Under the pieces are notes generated by a model. That model saw nothing but the letters and a program-made list of their open reading frames with translations. It searched no databases and was not told the DNA's origin. Source: an uncultured delta proteobacterium (GTDB taxonomy: Bacteria; Myxococcota_A; Polyangia; Polyangiales; Polyangiaceae). Taken from it: a stretch of DNA of 64,000 nucleotides. The position numbers were made by a program, and so were the translations under genes. Where the stretch lies: the NCBI GenBank assembly GCA_963850305.1, contig CAWKKR010000008.1, forward strand, positions 352,001 to 416,000, read 5' to 3'. Shown here piece after piece: positions 1 through 9,987 of the stretch. Each line of letters starts with the position of its first letter. The stretch's first letter is position 1.

Positions 1-1122
1 CTTCATCTCCGGCGCGCCGACGATCACTTCGCCGTCGCCGTCACCGTCGAGATCACCGACGTCGAGGGCCGCCGCGAACCCACCAGGGCACCCGGCGACC
101 GTGTCGCGCGAGCCGCAGCCGAAGGACGCGATGACCGCGTCCGGTGGCAGCGCCCCGAGCGAGCAAGTGGCGTCGGTCGTGGGCGTGAGGTTCGCCAGGG
201 CCGCGCCCGAGAACACCGTCACGTTCGTCGCGTCGGCGACCACGAGATCGTCGATGTCGTCCCCATCGACGCGACCCGACGCCAGCGTTCGACCGAACTG
301 GCTCGGTCCACCGAGGCACCCGAGTGGCGCGCCGTCCTCGCCGCGGAACAACCAGACGTGCCCCTCGCCCGGCGCACCGACGGCCGCGATTCGCGACCCG
401 GTCGAATCAGCGCCCGCGTCAGCGACGACCACGTGCTGGCGCATGATGGCGACCGCAGCGCCGAAGTCGGCGTCGGCTTTACCGGGCGGCGTGAGCTCGA
501 GCGCCTTGAACCCGCCAGGCTGATAATACCAGGCGAGCTGATGCGTCGAAGCCCCTGCGATGAGCGCGGGCGTCTCGTCCTTGTCCGCCGCCAGCACGAG
601 CGGCGGCGGCGGATTCCCCGAGTCCTGGAACAGGAGGTCGTTTCTGATGACCTCCGTCAGTACCGAATCCGGAACCGGGAGCGTGTACTCGACACCGTCC
701 ACGCAGCGAACCGTGAGCCCATACTCGGCGGCTCCCGCAGCCTGGCCGAACCCGAGGACGAAGCAGAGTTGATCGGGCGTCGCCGACCCGTCGTTCGCCG
801 TGCCGAGCGCCGCGACCTGGTTGGCGAAGTAGCAAGGCGTGTCCTGGGAACACGAGCCCAGATCCGTCGCGTCAGTGTCCGGACTCGTGCCCGTCCCCAA
901 CGGGAACAGCGCGGCTCGATGCGCCCCAGGCGAACCGCCCACCAGGAGCTCCGTCTGATTGCCAGCGTTCGCCGTTGCGAGCGCCACGCCGAAACCGCCG
1001 TTCATCTTGTCGGGTTCCGTGAGCAGTACGACCGGCGGATTGCTGCCCACGTCGCTGAATCTCGACCAGCTGCAGCCCACCAACGCGAGGGCGAATGAAG
1101 CCTTCCACCACGGCCGCGCCAT
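1..1122 (-). CDS. FG-GAP/integrin-alpha repeat lipoprotein (runs off the window edge; absent from ORF track)
   Basis: ATG at 1122 overlaps the TGA of the PEGA gene. Reads MARPWWKASFALALVGC (lipobox), and the same frame at position 1 reads VGDLDGDGDGEVIVGAPEMK (FG-GAP Ca-binding motif). Confidence 0.8.
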   Translation of the reverse strand, partial: MARPWWKASFALALVGCSWSRFSDVGSNPPVVLLTEPDKMNGGFGVALATANAGNQTELLVGGSPGAHRAALFPLGTGTSPDTDATDLGSCSQDTPCYFANQVAALGTANDGSATPDQLCFVLGFGQAAGAAEYGLTVRCVDGVEYTLPVPDSVLTEVIRNDLLFQDSGNPPPPLVLAADKDETPALIAGASTHQLAWYYQPGGFKALELTPPGKADADFGAAVAIMRQHVVVADAGADSTGSRIAAVGAPGEGHVWLFRGEDGAPLGCLGGPSQFGRTLASGRVDGDDIDDLVVADATNVTVFSGAALANLTPTTDATCSLGALPPDAVIASFGCGSRDTVAGCPGGFAAALDVGDLDGDGDGEVIVGAPEMK

Positions 1123-2879
1123 CAAAAGGACCCTCCGATGACCAGCCCGCCACCGCTACCGAAGACAGCCGGGGCGGCCGCGATCCTGGGGCCTGGCGCG
1201 AGCGCTTTCTTCACCGCGACGCGGGTTCTTCTCGGCGGCGACACCGACGCTGTCGGGCGTGCGTTGAGGGGGTCGTCGAACTCCGTAGGCTTGTCGAGCT
1301 TCACGGACGACGGCGGCAGCGGATCGCGAACGAAGCTGTAAGCAGACAGCGCTGCCAGCCCGGCGCCGAGGACGAATCCGCAATCTGCACCAACCGCATA
1401 AATGCGCCCGCGCGAGATGCGGTTATCGTCCGAATCGAGGACGCCGTTCTGTCGGTCTGCATGCGCCTGGTCGTAGAGCTTGTTCGATTCGGTTCCGAAG
1501 TAGGCGCCCGCGCCGATGAATGCCGCACTGACGATCGCCTGCGTCCACGCAGCGCCGCGCGGAAACGTCGGGATGAGCTTGGCGTGCAGGGGCAACACCT
1601 GTCCGCGCGGCACGTCGACCATCGTCGACAAGGTCTTCCGCCCGGTGCCGTCCACCGTGAGCAGGTGTTTGCCGGCAGGCACCTGGACGTCGAGCGGCGG
1701 CGTGCCGCTTTGCCAGATCCCGCGCGGCTCCTGATCGATGCGTATCTTCGCGTCGGGCGCGTCCGAATCGATCCGCAGAATGCCGTAGTCGTCCCGTGCG
1801 AGCCGGACCTCGAGCTCTTTCTGCTCTCCGTGCTCGAGCTTCACCTTCGTGGCGAGGGGTTGAAAGCCTGGGATCTCCACGAGCACGTCGTGGTCCCCCG
1901 ATGGCACGAGCTCTCCGTAGGGAGTCGTACCCCATTCCGGTCGCGTCTTCTTCGGGTCGTCGATCCAGATGTGAGCGCCCGTAACGTTCGCGGAGACGCG
2001 CAAGAACGACATGAACGCGCCCTGCGACAGGTTCGCCTTGAACTGGAACACGTGGCCGGCGCTCACGTGTATGTCCGTCTCGCTGACGTTGAAGTCCCGG
2101 AACTTGTCGATCACGATATGGTAGCGCCCGACGGCAAGCGAGAGGCTCGTCGGCGACGTGGCCGTGGACACCAGTTTCCATCCGGCGTTGGCCCCGCTGT
2201 TCTGAAAAGCAGGGGTCGTCTCATCGGCGGCCAGATAGACTTTGAGCGGCGCCCCGGGGGGCTCGGTCTCGACGACGACCAGCGATCGCATCGCCTCCTC
2301 GGTCGCGGCGACTTGCGACGCAGAAGGAGGCTGCGGTGGCGGTGGCGGTGGCGGCTGAACGCCCGTCTGCCCGGAAGGGACGGGCGGTGGGGGTGGCGGC
2401 GCCTGTTCTGCCTCGAGCGTTGCGATGCGCGTCTTCACCGCGTCCGCGTCGGGCGCGTTGGGGTCGATTTTCAGGTAATCGCGATAACGCTCGAGAGCTT
2501 TATCGTTCTGACCGAGCTTCTGGTAGCAAACCCCTGCGTTGAACAAGAACGCCGAGTAAGGGTGCTCGGCGAAGCCGGCGTCGAACTCCGCGGCGGCCTC
2601 GGCAGCTTTCCCCCCCACGAAGAGACCCAGACCGGACTCCATGCGGCGACGGATCGCTTCGAGTTGCTGTGCGCCAGATTGATCCGCCGAGCTGACGGCA
2701 GGGAACGCGATCGCCAGCAGGATGCCAATCACGAGCAAGGCTGACCAAGAACGATTCGATGCTCCGGATTGCCGCACCCCGTCACCATGCCCTCGAACGG
2801 CGTCGGGCGACAAGTCCGACGCTACGCCGCCCGGAGACCGCGCCCTCCACGCCTTCGAGGCGCCCGCGCTTTTTCCCAA
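1122..2879 (-). CDS. TPR + multiple PEGA domain secreted protein (true start probably somewhat downstream)
   Basis: Signal-like LLVIGILLAIAFPAVSSA, TPR (FLFNAGVCYQKLG...ALERYRDYL), Pro linker, repeated PEGA-like units (VETEPPGA, VSANVTGAHIWID, IDSDAPDAKIRID), C-terminal GLVIGGSF. Confidence 0.8.
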   Translation of the reverse strand: MGKSAGASKAWRARSPGGVASDLSPDAVRGHGDGVRQSGASNRSWSALLVIGILLAIAFPAVSSADQSGAQQLEAIRRRMESGLGLFVGGKAAEAAAEFDAGFAEHPYSAFLFNAGVCYQKLGQNDKALERYRDYLKIDPNAPDADAVKTRIATLEAEQAPPPPPPVPSGQTGVQPPPPPPPQPPSASQVAATEEAMRSLVVVETEPPGAPLKVYLAADETTPAFQNSGANAGWKLVSTATSPTSLSLAVGRYHIVIDKFRDFNVSETDIHVSAGHVFQFKANLSQGAFMSFLRVSANVTGAHIWIDDPKKTRPEWGTTPYGELVPSGDHDVLVEIPGFQPLATKVKLEHGEQKELEVRLARDDYGILRIDSDAPDAKIRIDQEPRGIWQSGTPPLDVQVPAGKHLLTVDGTGRKTLSTMVDVPRGQVLPLHAKLIPTFPRGAAWTQAIVSAAFIGAGAYFGTESNKLYDQAHADRQNGVLDSDDNRISRGRIYAVGADCGFVLGAGLAALSAYSFVRDPLPPSSVKLDKPTEFDDPLNARPTASVSPPRRTRVAVKKALAPGPRIAAAPAVFGSGGGLVIGGSF

Positions 2880-2941
2880 TCAAGGCGGATCGTTCGCGCT
2901 GTAAGCTAGCGGTCGGGCCTAGCCGGGAAGGATTCCGCTCG

Positions 2942-3823
2942 ATGCGTGCTCGTGGTTCTTTCGCTTCGTGGACCGTCGTCGCTGCGGTGACGTGCGGGTC
3001 GATCGTCGCCAGAGCGGAGGAACCAGTGAAGCCGTATCCGGCGTGCGACCGCACCCCGACGGCAGGAGACGTCACGGCAGCGAAAGGGGCGTTCGACGCG
3101 GGGGACGGCTCGTTCAAGGAAGCCGACTACGACAGGGCCATCGAGTACTGGGAAGACGCGTTTCGCCGGGATTGCACGGCGCAACCCCTCCTCTTGAATC
3201 TGGCGCGCGCGTACGAACTGAACGAAGAGCGGCACCACGCCGTGACCGCACTCCAGACGTACCTCGATCGGAATCCGCAGGCGCAAGACCAGGGCCTGAT
3301 CCGGCGACGCATAGAGAAACTCGAGGAACAGATCCAGAGTGAAGCCGCAGCGCCCCCGCCCGCGCCTGCACCCGCTCCCGCGCCTGCACCCGCTCCCGCT
3401 CCATCGACATCGCCGGTGAAGCCGCCGGCGGCGACGAAGGAGTCCACGCCCGCGCCGGCCACCACGAAGCGCCCCATGGCGCCGCTCGTCCTCGCCGGGA
3501 GCGGCGCCGCCGTCGCCGTGGTGAGCAGCATCATCTTCTTCAAGGCGCGCTCCGACGTCAGTGACTACGAAGGCCAGTGCCCAGGAAGAGTGTGCCCAAC
3601 GGACAAACCCAATCTCCCGGCCGAGGCAAACTCCGCGCGAACCCGCGAAAACGTCTCGGGCGCGTTTGCGCTCGTCGGTATCGGCGCGATCGGCGGGGGT
3701 CTGGCCTGGTATTTCCTGTCGAAGCCGGTGGCGACATCGAGCACCGGCCGTAACCTCGGACCCGCGCTGACGCCGACGATCGGCTACGGATACGGTGGGC
3801 TGGACGTGTCCGGCACCTTCTGA
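2942..3823 (+). CDS. Secreted TPR protein with Pro/Ala linker
   Basis: Signal peptide MRARGSFASWTVVAAVTCGSIVARA, TPR (LLLNLARAYE...LQTYLDRNP), (PA)n linker, C-terminal LDVSGTF. Confidence 0.75.
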   Translation: MRARGSFASWTVVAAVTCGSIVARAEEPVKPYPACDRTPTAGDVTAAKGAFDAGDGSFKEADYDRAIEYWEDAFRRDCTAQPLLLNLARAYELNEERHHAVTALQTYLDRNPQAQDQGLIRRRIEKLEEQIQSEAAAPPPAPAPAPAPAPAPAPSTSPVKPPAATKESTPAPATTKRPMAPLVLAGSGAAVAVVSSIIFFKARSDVSDYEGQCPGRVCPTDKPNLPAEANSARTRENVSGAFALVGIGAIGGGLAWYFLSKPVATSSTGRNLGPALTPTIGYGYGGLDVSGTF

Positions 3824-4185
3824 TCGTCATCGCCGGTGGCACCAGGCTGTTTGCCCCAGGTGCTGGGCGCCGGGGTGGACGGTCCCTCGATGTCGTCCGG
3901 CGGCAAAGGAGCGGGGGTCGATGCTGAAGCCGGAGCCGGCGCGACCGTCGGCGCCGCCTGAGGCTCGGGTTCCACCGGGGGGGGCGTTTCGGAAGAAGAG
4001 CCACCGCAAGCCGACGTTCCCGCGACCGCCGCGACGACCGAAACGATGTTCAACGCTCGGTGAAAAATTCTGACCAAGTGGGGCCTGCCTTGCTCACTTA
4101 ATAACGCACGATATTCGAATCGGGTCCGACCGACACCGTTCTGACTCGCCACACTGACTGATGCGCGACGGAAAGTACTCTGCAA
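3784..4185 (-). CDS. Hypothetical Pro-rich lipoprotein (start uncertain)
   Basis: Lipobox-like IVSVVAAVAGTSAC followed by a low-complexity Pro/Ala region; overlaps the 3' end of the convergent gene. Confidence 0.45.
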   Translation of the reverse strand: MQSTFRRASVSVASQNGVGRTRFEYRALLSEQGRPHLVRIFHRALNIVSVVAAVAGTSACGGSSSETPPPVEPEPQAAPTVAPAPASASTPAPLPPDDIEGPSTPAPSTWGKQPGATGDDDQKVPDTSSPPYP

Positions 4186-4263
4186 GTCGAGTTCTGCTAG
4201 CCTCGAGTTCCGTTTCGAACCCGGGCAGCCTTTTACCCCCTAGCCTCACGGAACCTTTTGCGC

Positions 4264-4935
4264 ATGTCATTCAACCGCGCCGTGCTTTTTTCAATTGGCC
4301 TGGGCAGCCTGATGGCTCTGATGTCCTGCAGCTCGAGCAAGAAGGACACCGGCGGAGCCGGCGGAGCCACCAGCTCGGATACCTGCGACCCCATCGATTA
4401 CACGCAGTACACCGCGACCGGAACGCCAGTCTCGTTCCAGAACGACGTCATGCCGATCTTCGGCGAGGACTGCACGGCGAGCCTGTGCCACAACGATCAC
4501 GACAAGGAAGCCGGCCTGGATCTGGGTACGCCGTGCCTGAGCGTCAGCGTCACGGGCGACGTCTGCACGTTCGCCACCGCGCCGAACCAGAGCCCGACCA
4601 ATCCCAACATCGTGCCCCTGACGACGGACCTCATCAAGACCGTGCACGACAGCCTGCTCTCCAAATCGGCCACGGTCGATTCCGCGGACGCGGCGCCCGG
4701 CGTGAAGCGCGTGGCCCCCGGCGATCCGAAAGACAGCTTCATTATGCAGAAGCTCTCGGATACCGAGAACGATCAAGGCTACTCGTGCACGAACCAGGAC
4801 GACTCGCACGAGGAGAATCCAGGGCCGTGCGGTGAGTTCATGCCTCAAGGTGGCGTTCCCCTGTGCGCCGGCAAGTCGCGTCCCAAGTTCGACACGATCG
4901 CGAACTGGATCGCGCAGGGCGCATTGAACAATTGA
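4264..4935 (+). CDS. Cys-rich lipoprotein, probable c-type cytochrome with CX4CH motif
   Basis: Lipobox LMALMSC; SFQNDVMPIF...CTASLCH; later MPQGG...IANWIAQGA typical of myxobacterial cytochrome c domains. Confidence 0.65.
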   Translation: MSFNRAVLFSIGLGSLMALMSCSSSKKDTGGAGGATSSDTCDPIDYTQYTATGTPVSFQNDVMPIFGEDCTASLCHNDHDKEAGLDLGTPCLSVSVTGDVCTFATAPNQSPTNPNIVPLTTDLIKTVHDSLLSKSATVDSADAAPGVKRVAPGDPKDSFIMQKLSDTENDQGYSCTNQDDSHEENPGPCGEFMPQGGVPLCAGKSRPKFDTIANWIAQGALNN

Positions 4936-4971
4936 TTTTCGGGAGGGCGCGGCGCACCCTGCCCTGACGTC

Positions 4972-5577
4972 GTGATCGGCCGCCTCACGGGAAAGATCGT
5001 GTCCGAGGAGGCGGACGGCGGCCTCGTCATCGACGTCGGGGGCGTCGGTTACGAGGTCCGGGCCCCACTCGGCACATCCGGACGCGCCGCGGCCGGCACC
5101 GACGGTCGCGTGCAGCTCTTCACGCACCTCCACGTGCGCGAGGACTTGCTGGATCTCTACGCCTTCGCGTCCGAGGTCGAGCGACGCGTGTTCAAGCTGC
5201 TCATCGACGTCCCCAACGTGGGGCCGAAGACGGCGCTCGGGGTCCTGTCCGCGCTGCCCCCGAAGGAGCTCGCCGCAGCCGTGGAATCGAAAGACGTGGC
5301 CCGGCTCACCCGCATCGACGGCGTGGGGAAGAAAACGGCTGAACGGCTGGTCCTCGAGCTGCGCGAACGTCTCCAGAAGGTTTCCGATCTGACGGTTCCT
5401 GGGCGCCCGGCGGCCGGCCCTACCGGCAACGACGAGGGGCGCCTGATCGGGGCTCTCACCAACATGGGCTACCGGCTACCCGACGCCCAGCGAGCGGTTC
5501 GCGCGCTGGGCGATCGCGTGGGTCAAGAAGCACTCGGGGATTTATTGAAGGACGCACTCGCAAGCCTGACCCCCTGA
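4972..5577 (+). CDS. ruvA: Holliday junction branch migration protein RuvA
   Basis: MIGRLTGK, DVGGVGYEV, HLHVREDLLDLYAF, HhH motifs VPNVGPKTA and IDGVGKKTAERLVLEL, C-terminal ALTNMGY. Confidence 0.96.
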   Translation: MIGRLTGKIVSEEADGGLVIDVGGVGYEVRAPLGTSGRAAAGTDGRVQLFTHLHVREDLLDLYAFASEVERRVFKLLIDVPNVGPKTALGVLSALPPKELAAAVESKDVARLTRIDGVGKKTAERLVLELRERLQKVSDLTVPGRPAAGPTGNDEGRLIGALTNMGYRLPDAQRAVRALGDRVGQEALGDLLKDALASLTP

Positions 5578-5758
5578 AGCGCGCGGGTCGGGAGGAAACT
5601 GGGGCGGCACTCGTGGGGCGATCGCGGCCGAGCGACGAACCGGATTGATTCCTGAGCGGAGACGTAGACAATCTCGGAGGTTACAGGGCAGAGTAGTCGG
5701 GGCCGGCGCTCCCGATTCGGGGCGCGCGAGAGCGCCGTTTCTCACTCGGAGGCGATCT

Positions 5759-6826
5759 GTGATCACGTGTAACAAGTGCGGCAAGGACAACCAGGACCAC
5801 TACAAGTTCTGCCTCGGATGTGGTGCTGAGCTGCCGCGCGCGAGCCACGCGCCGAAGCCGTTCGCGGCCAACACGCCGCCGCAAGGAGTGCAGCCCGTGC
5901 GTCCCGCGGCCGCGCCACCCGCCGCTGCTGCGCCGCCGGTGGCGGGTATCCCGCGTCCAGCAACCGCGGCACCCGTCGCGGCGCCAGCACCCGTCGCGGC
6001 ACAGCCGGTCGCGCCGCCAGCGTCCGTCGCGGCTCCCGCGGGCGGCGTGGAGATCACCTGCCCGCAATGCGGTCATCCGAATCCGCAGTCGAACCGATTC
6101 TGCGCGGCGTGCGGCTACAACCTGGCCGCGCTCCAGGGAGGAATGCCGGTTCGTTCTCAGCCGGCGCCCGTCGCCGCGGCGCCGGCCGCGTCGCGCGTCG
6201 TGCTCACGGCGCTCCGCGCGGACGGCACGGAAGCGGGCACATTCCCGCTCCCCGACGCTCCGATGGTCACGGTCGGCCGCGACACCGGGTCCATCTTTGC
6301 CGGGGATAGCTACCTGTCTCCGCGCCACGGCACCTTCGTTCGCCAGGGCGCGCAGTTCTCGATCCGCGACGAGAACTCGCTCAACGGCGTCTATCTCAAG
6401 CTCCAGCCGAACGCGCCGTGGCCGCTCCAGTATCAGGACGTCTTCCGCATCGGTCAGGAGATCATCCGGTTCGAGGCGCTTTCGGGACAGGGCCCGAGCC
6501 CGGACGGCGTCGAGCGACTCGGGAGTCCGGCGCGCGGATACATCGGGCGCATCGCGCTCGTCGTCGGTCGGGACACGACCGGCAACGCCTTCCCGGTGCC
6601 GGAAACGGGGATTCACCTCGGCCGCGAGCGGGGTGACGTGCTTTTCTCCGAGGATGGCTACGTGTCCGGTCTGCATTGTCGCGTCGCCCGCGAACAGGAC
6701 GGGAACGTGTATCTGACCGACGTCGGCAGCTCGAACGGCACGTTCGTTCGATTGCAGGCGGAGCATGCTCTCATGCCGGGCGACGTCCTGTTGATGGGGC
6801 AGCAGCTGTTCCGCGTCGACATGTGA
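5759..6826 (+). CDS. Double zinc-ribbon + tandem FHA domain protein
   Basis: GTG start after GGAGG; CNKC...FCLGCG and CPQC...FCAACG ribbons; FHA motifs VGR...YLSPRH...SLNGVY and LGR...VSGLH...SSNGTF. Confidence 0.9.
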   Translation: MITCNKCGKDNQDHYKFCLGCGAELPRASHAPKPFAANTPPQGVQPVRPAAAPPAAAAPPVAGIPRPATAAPVAAPAPVAAQPVAPPASVAAPAGGVEITCPQCGHPNPQSNRFCAACGYNLAALQGGMPVRSQPAPVAAAPAASRVVLTALRADGTEAGTFPLPDAPMVTVGRDTGSIFAGDSYLSPRHGTFVRQGAQFSIRDENSLNGVYLKLQPNAPWPLQYQDVFRIGQEIIRFEALSGQGPSPDGVERLGSPARGYIGRIALVVGRDTTGNAFPVPETGIHLGRERGDVLFSEDGYVSGLHCRVAREQDGNVYLTDVGSSNGTFVRLQAEHALMPGDVLLMGQQLFRVDM

Positions 6827-6839
6827 CGCCATCCGGAGC

Positions 6840-7247
6840 ATGTCCGAGCCGCGCTCGACTCGACTCATCCGCGTCGTGGCCGCCGTGGTCGCCCGTGACG
6901 GTCGTTATCTGATCACGCAACGCCGCGCAACGGCCGTACTGCCGCTGATGTGGGAGTTCCCGGGCGGTCGCGTGGAGCCGGAAGAGTCGGACGCGGACGC
7001 GCTCCGGCGAGAGGTCATGCACCGGCTCGGAGTAACGGTGAACGTGGGGACCCTGATCAGCTTCGTGAGCCATCCGTACGAGCGATACACGGTGGACCTG
7101 CACCTCTACGAATGCTCCATCGTCGCCGGCGAGCCCATCGAGCAAAACGTCCTCGCCTACCGCTGGGTCACGAGTAGCGAGTTTGACCGGTATCCGTTCA
7201 CGCCGGCCGATGAGGCGTCCATGAGCCAGCTCCTCGGCGTCGAATAG
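6840..7247 (+). CDS. MutT-like NUDIX (d)NTP pyrophosphohydrolase
   Basis: WEFPGGRVEPEESDADALRREVMHRLG Nudix box; C-terminal PADE. Confidence 0.88.
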   Translation: MSEPRSTRLIRVVAAVVARDGRYLITQRRATAVLPLMWEFPGGRVEPEESDADALRREVMHRLGVTVNVGTLISFVSHPYERYTVDLHLYECSIVAGEPIEQNVLAYRWVTSSEFDRYPFTPADEASMSQLLGVE

Positions 7248-7284
7248 TCGCGAACCGAGCGGCGGCCCTGGCCGAAGCGGGATC

Positions 7285-7932
7285 GTGCCCCTCGCGTCGT
7301 GGCTCCTCGGTCGGGCGCACCAGATCGGCGGCTTGCTCGCGCCGCCTCGGTGCATCGCCTGCGACGCCTGGCTCGACAGAGACGTCGCCTTCTGCGATGC
7401 CTGCGCGCCGGGGTCCGACCTCGTTCGAGATCGCTTGCCGAACTGCCTGGACGTCATCGCGAGCGCCCGGTACGAGGCGGGCATCGCGGACGCGATCCGG
7501 AGACTGAAATACGGGGGTCGCCCCGACATCGCCCGTGCGCTGGGGCGACGCATGGCTCGCGCCGTACAGCAGGCGAACGTCGGAGGGCCCCTGGTGCTGG
7601 TCCCGGTGCCGCTTCATCCGAAGCGTCTCGCGGAGCGATCGTACGACCAGGCGGCGCTTCTGGCCGTCTGCGCCGCGAAGTGCCTTCGTTGGCCGGTGGA
7701 GGTGCGCGCCCTTCGTCGGATCCGCGAGACACGTGAGCAAGCATCTCTGTCGCGAGGCGAGCGCGTCGAAAACGCGAGCGGCGCGTTCGCGACGAACGGG
7801 GACAGGCCGCGGCACGTGCTCCTCGTCGACGACGTGGTCACAACGGGCGAGACCGCAAGGGCGTGCGCGAGTGCGCTGGAAGCGGAAGGTTCGAGCGTCG
7901 TCGCCGTCCTGGCCGTTGCCCACACGCCCTGA
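7285..7932 (+). CDS. comF: ComF family protein (zinc ribbon + phosphoribosyltransferase-like)
   Basis: CxxC..CxxC, LKYGG, VPVPLHPKRLAERSYDQA, LLVDDVVTTGET. Confidence 0.9.
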   Translation: MPLASWLLGRAHQIGGLLAPPRCIACDAWLDRDVAFCDACAPGSDLVRDRLPNCLDVIASARYEAGIADAIRRLKYGGRPDIARALGRRMARAVQQANVGGPLVLVPVPLHPKRLAERSYDQAALLAVCAAKCLRWPVEVRALRRIRETREQASLSRGERVENASGAFATNGDRPRHVLLVDDVVTTGETARACASALEAEGSSVVAVLAVAHTP

Positions 7933-8043
7933 CAAAACCGTTATCTAAGTCCCCACGGTCGTTGCCCCCAGCGGAACAACGTGGAAAAAATGTGAGGATC
8001 TCAGAACCCGGCGCGAACGCGTGCGCACGAAAGGAGCGACGGA

Positions 8044-9987
8044 TTGAGCGACAGGGTCGAGTGGCGTTGGGTCGATGTCGGCGGCGTGCAATACGCCGTT
8101 CGATTCGACGAGCTCGCGGACGCGCTCGCGTCCGAGGCGCTCCCGCCTTTCGTCCTCGTGTGGCGAACCGGATGGCGAGAATGGCACCGCGCCTCGAGTG
8201 TACCGGAGCTCCGGATCGCCATGGCGGAAGCGTCGGAGCCCGCGGCGCCGATCGTCGAACATGCGGACGCCGGCGTGCCGCCCGCGCCGCCGCTCGAGAG
8301 GTACGCCGCAGTTTCCGCGGGGCCGGACACGACGCTCTACCAGCCGAAGCGCAACGATCCGCCCCCCACTGTCCCACCGGCGCGCCCCGATTGTCCTGCG
8401 CCTCCGCGGCCAGCGGCTGCCGGAATTCCGCCACCGCCGGCCTTCATGACCGGGCCCATCCCGATCCGCGACGTGATGCCGACGCTGGCGGGCGAAGAGC
8501 ACCCGGTCCATAGCCCGACGCTCCGTCCGGCAGGCGCGACGCCACCGCCGCCGCGCACGATGCCCCAATCGAAAGTTCCATTGTTCGAGGACGTCGCGAT
8601 CTTCGAGGCAGAACCGGTCGAAGAAGAAGCCGTCGAGGTCCTCGCACCGGCCGCTCATGCTCCGCCGCAACTGCCACCGCAATTGCCGCCGCAACCGAGC
8701 GTGGCCGAGCCGCCGCGGTTCCCCGAGCCGTCCAGCCCTCCCGTGGGTCCGCCCGCTCGCGTGGCGGTTCCGCAGGGACCGAAGGTCGCCGCGCGAACAG
8801 GGGGGCTGTCGCGCAACGCTCTCACCACGCTGACGTCGGCGGGCCTCGTGCTCCCGGGCACTTTGCTGATCGCGTTCGCACTCTTGCATCCGAGAAAACA
8901 CCCGACCCGAGCGGCGGCCGTGGCGTCCGCGTCTCCGGCTCGGACCGCCTCTGTTGCGAGCGCCGCCGCGCCGCCTTCGGTGCCCCCTCCCCCTCTCTCG
9001 ACCGGCTGCACCATCGCGAAGAGCGCGCAGCGGCTCGCTGACACGGCCTACATCGGCGTGCCGATCCTCTTTGCGCCCGTCCCCACGGAGGGGCAGCGCG
9101 TCGCCGTCGGTTTCGCCGCCGCGAAGGACCACGCAACCGGCATCACGATCGACTCGACGACGCTCGCCGTTACGCCCGCGTTCGACGAGAGCGTGCCGGA
9201 TTCGACGACCCTTGGCGTCGTGCCGCTGGTGCTGGGCGACAAGCTCCGGTTCGCGGTGGATTGCGCGACCGACAAACTTGCCTCCGCGAGGACGATTGAC
9301 GCGAAGACCCGCTTCGCAATCGGGGTGTCGAAGTTCGGGTTCGCGATGCTCGCGGGCGACACCGCGTCCGTCATCTGGCCGGGCAAGTCGAAGAATCCGA
9401 CGATCACGACGCCCCGGGTCGCGACGATCGAAGGCGCGGGGGACGCCGTCACCTTCCGGCACGGCGGCCAGGAGGGCAAGGTACTCCTCGGCTGGTTACG
9501 GGAGAACGGTGCCAAGTGGACGGAGCTCAAAGCGGTCACCACCGATGCGGCGCTCGTCGGCACGCCGACCGTGTCCGCGGGAGAAGACGGCGTGCTCGTC
9601 TCGTTCGCGGCCAAGGCGACGCCGGACAGCGCCTGGCGCGTCGAGCTCGCGCGCGCGAACCTCGGCGGTGAACCGGAACCCTCGACGGTGTTCGCCCTGC
9701 CCCCCGGAGGTCCGGGTGAGGAGGCCATCGCACCGTCCGCGGCGGGTCTGTCGCACGGCCGGTACCTGCTGCAATGGACGGAAGGGTCGTCGGGCAACCG
9801 CGCGATCCGCGCCCAGGTACTCGGCCCGGATCTGAAACCGATGGGAGACGTCCTCACGCTCTCGGCGCCGGAGCACAACGCGGGTCAGGGCGCCCTTTAC
9901 GTCCACGGCGAGACCGCGCTCGCACTCTTTTTCGTGCAGACCGCTTCCACGCATGAGATTTGGGGAGCATCGCTGAAATGCCCATGA
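8044..9987 (+). CDS. Membrane-anchored protein with N-terminal GYF_2-like domain, Pro-rich linker and extracytoplasmic beta-rich domain
   Basis: LVWRTGWREWHRASSVPEL (GYF_2/DUF4339-like), Pro-rich region, one TM segment (GLVLPGTLLIAFALL). Confidence 0.65.
   Translation: MSDRVEWRWVDVGGVQYAVRFDELADALASEALPPFVLVWRTGWREWHRASSVPELRIAMAEASEPAAPIVEHADAGVPPAPPLERYAAVSAGPDTTLYQPKRNDPPPTVPPARPDCPAPPRPAAAGIPPPPAFMTGPIPIRDVMPTLAGEEHPVHSPTLRPAGATPPPPRTMPQSKVPLFEDVAIFEAEPVEEEAVEVLAPAAHAPPQLPPQLPPQPSVAEPPRFPEPSSPPVGPPARVAVPQGPKVAARTGGLSRNALTTLTSAGLVLPGTLLIAFALLHPRKHPTRAAAVASASPARTASVASAAAPPSVPPPPLSTGCTIAKSAQRLADTAYIGVPILFAPVPTEGQRVAVGFAAAKDHATGITIDSTTLAVTPAFDESVPDSTTLGVVPLVLGDKLRFAVDCATDKLASARTIDAKTRFAIGVSKFGFAMLAGDTASVIWPGKSKNPTITTPRVATIEGAGDAVTFRHGGQEGKVLLGWLRENGAKWTELKAVTTDAALVGTPTVSAGEDGVLVSFAAKATPDSAWRVELARANLGGEPEPSTVFALPPGGPGEEAIAPSAAGLSHGRYLLQWTEGSSGNRAIRAQVLGPDLKPMGDVLTLSAPEHNAGQGALYVHGETALALFFVQTASTHEIWGASLKCP

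Noticed and set aside
4972..5577. ruvA without adjacent ruvB/ruvC (and glyQ at 51403-52320 without glyS)
   Set aside because: Split operons are common, the partners can lie outside the window, and both genes look intact.
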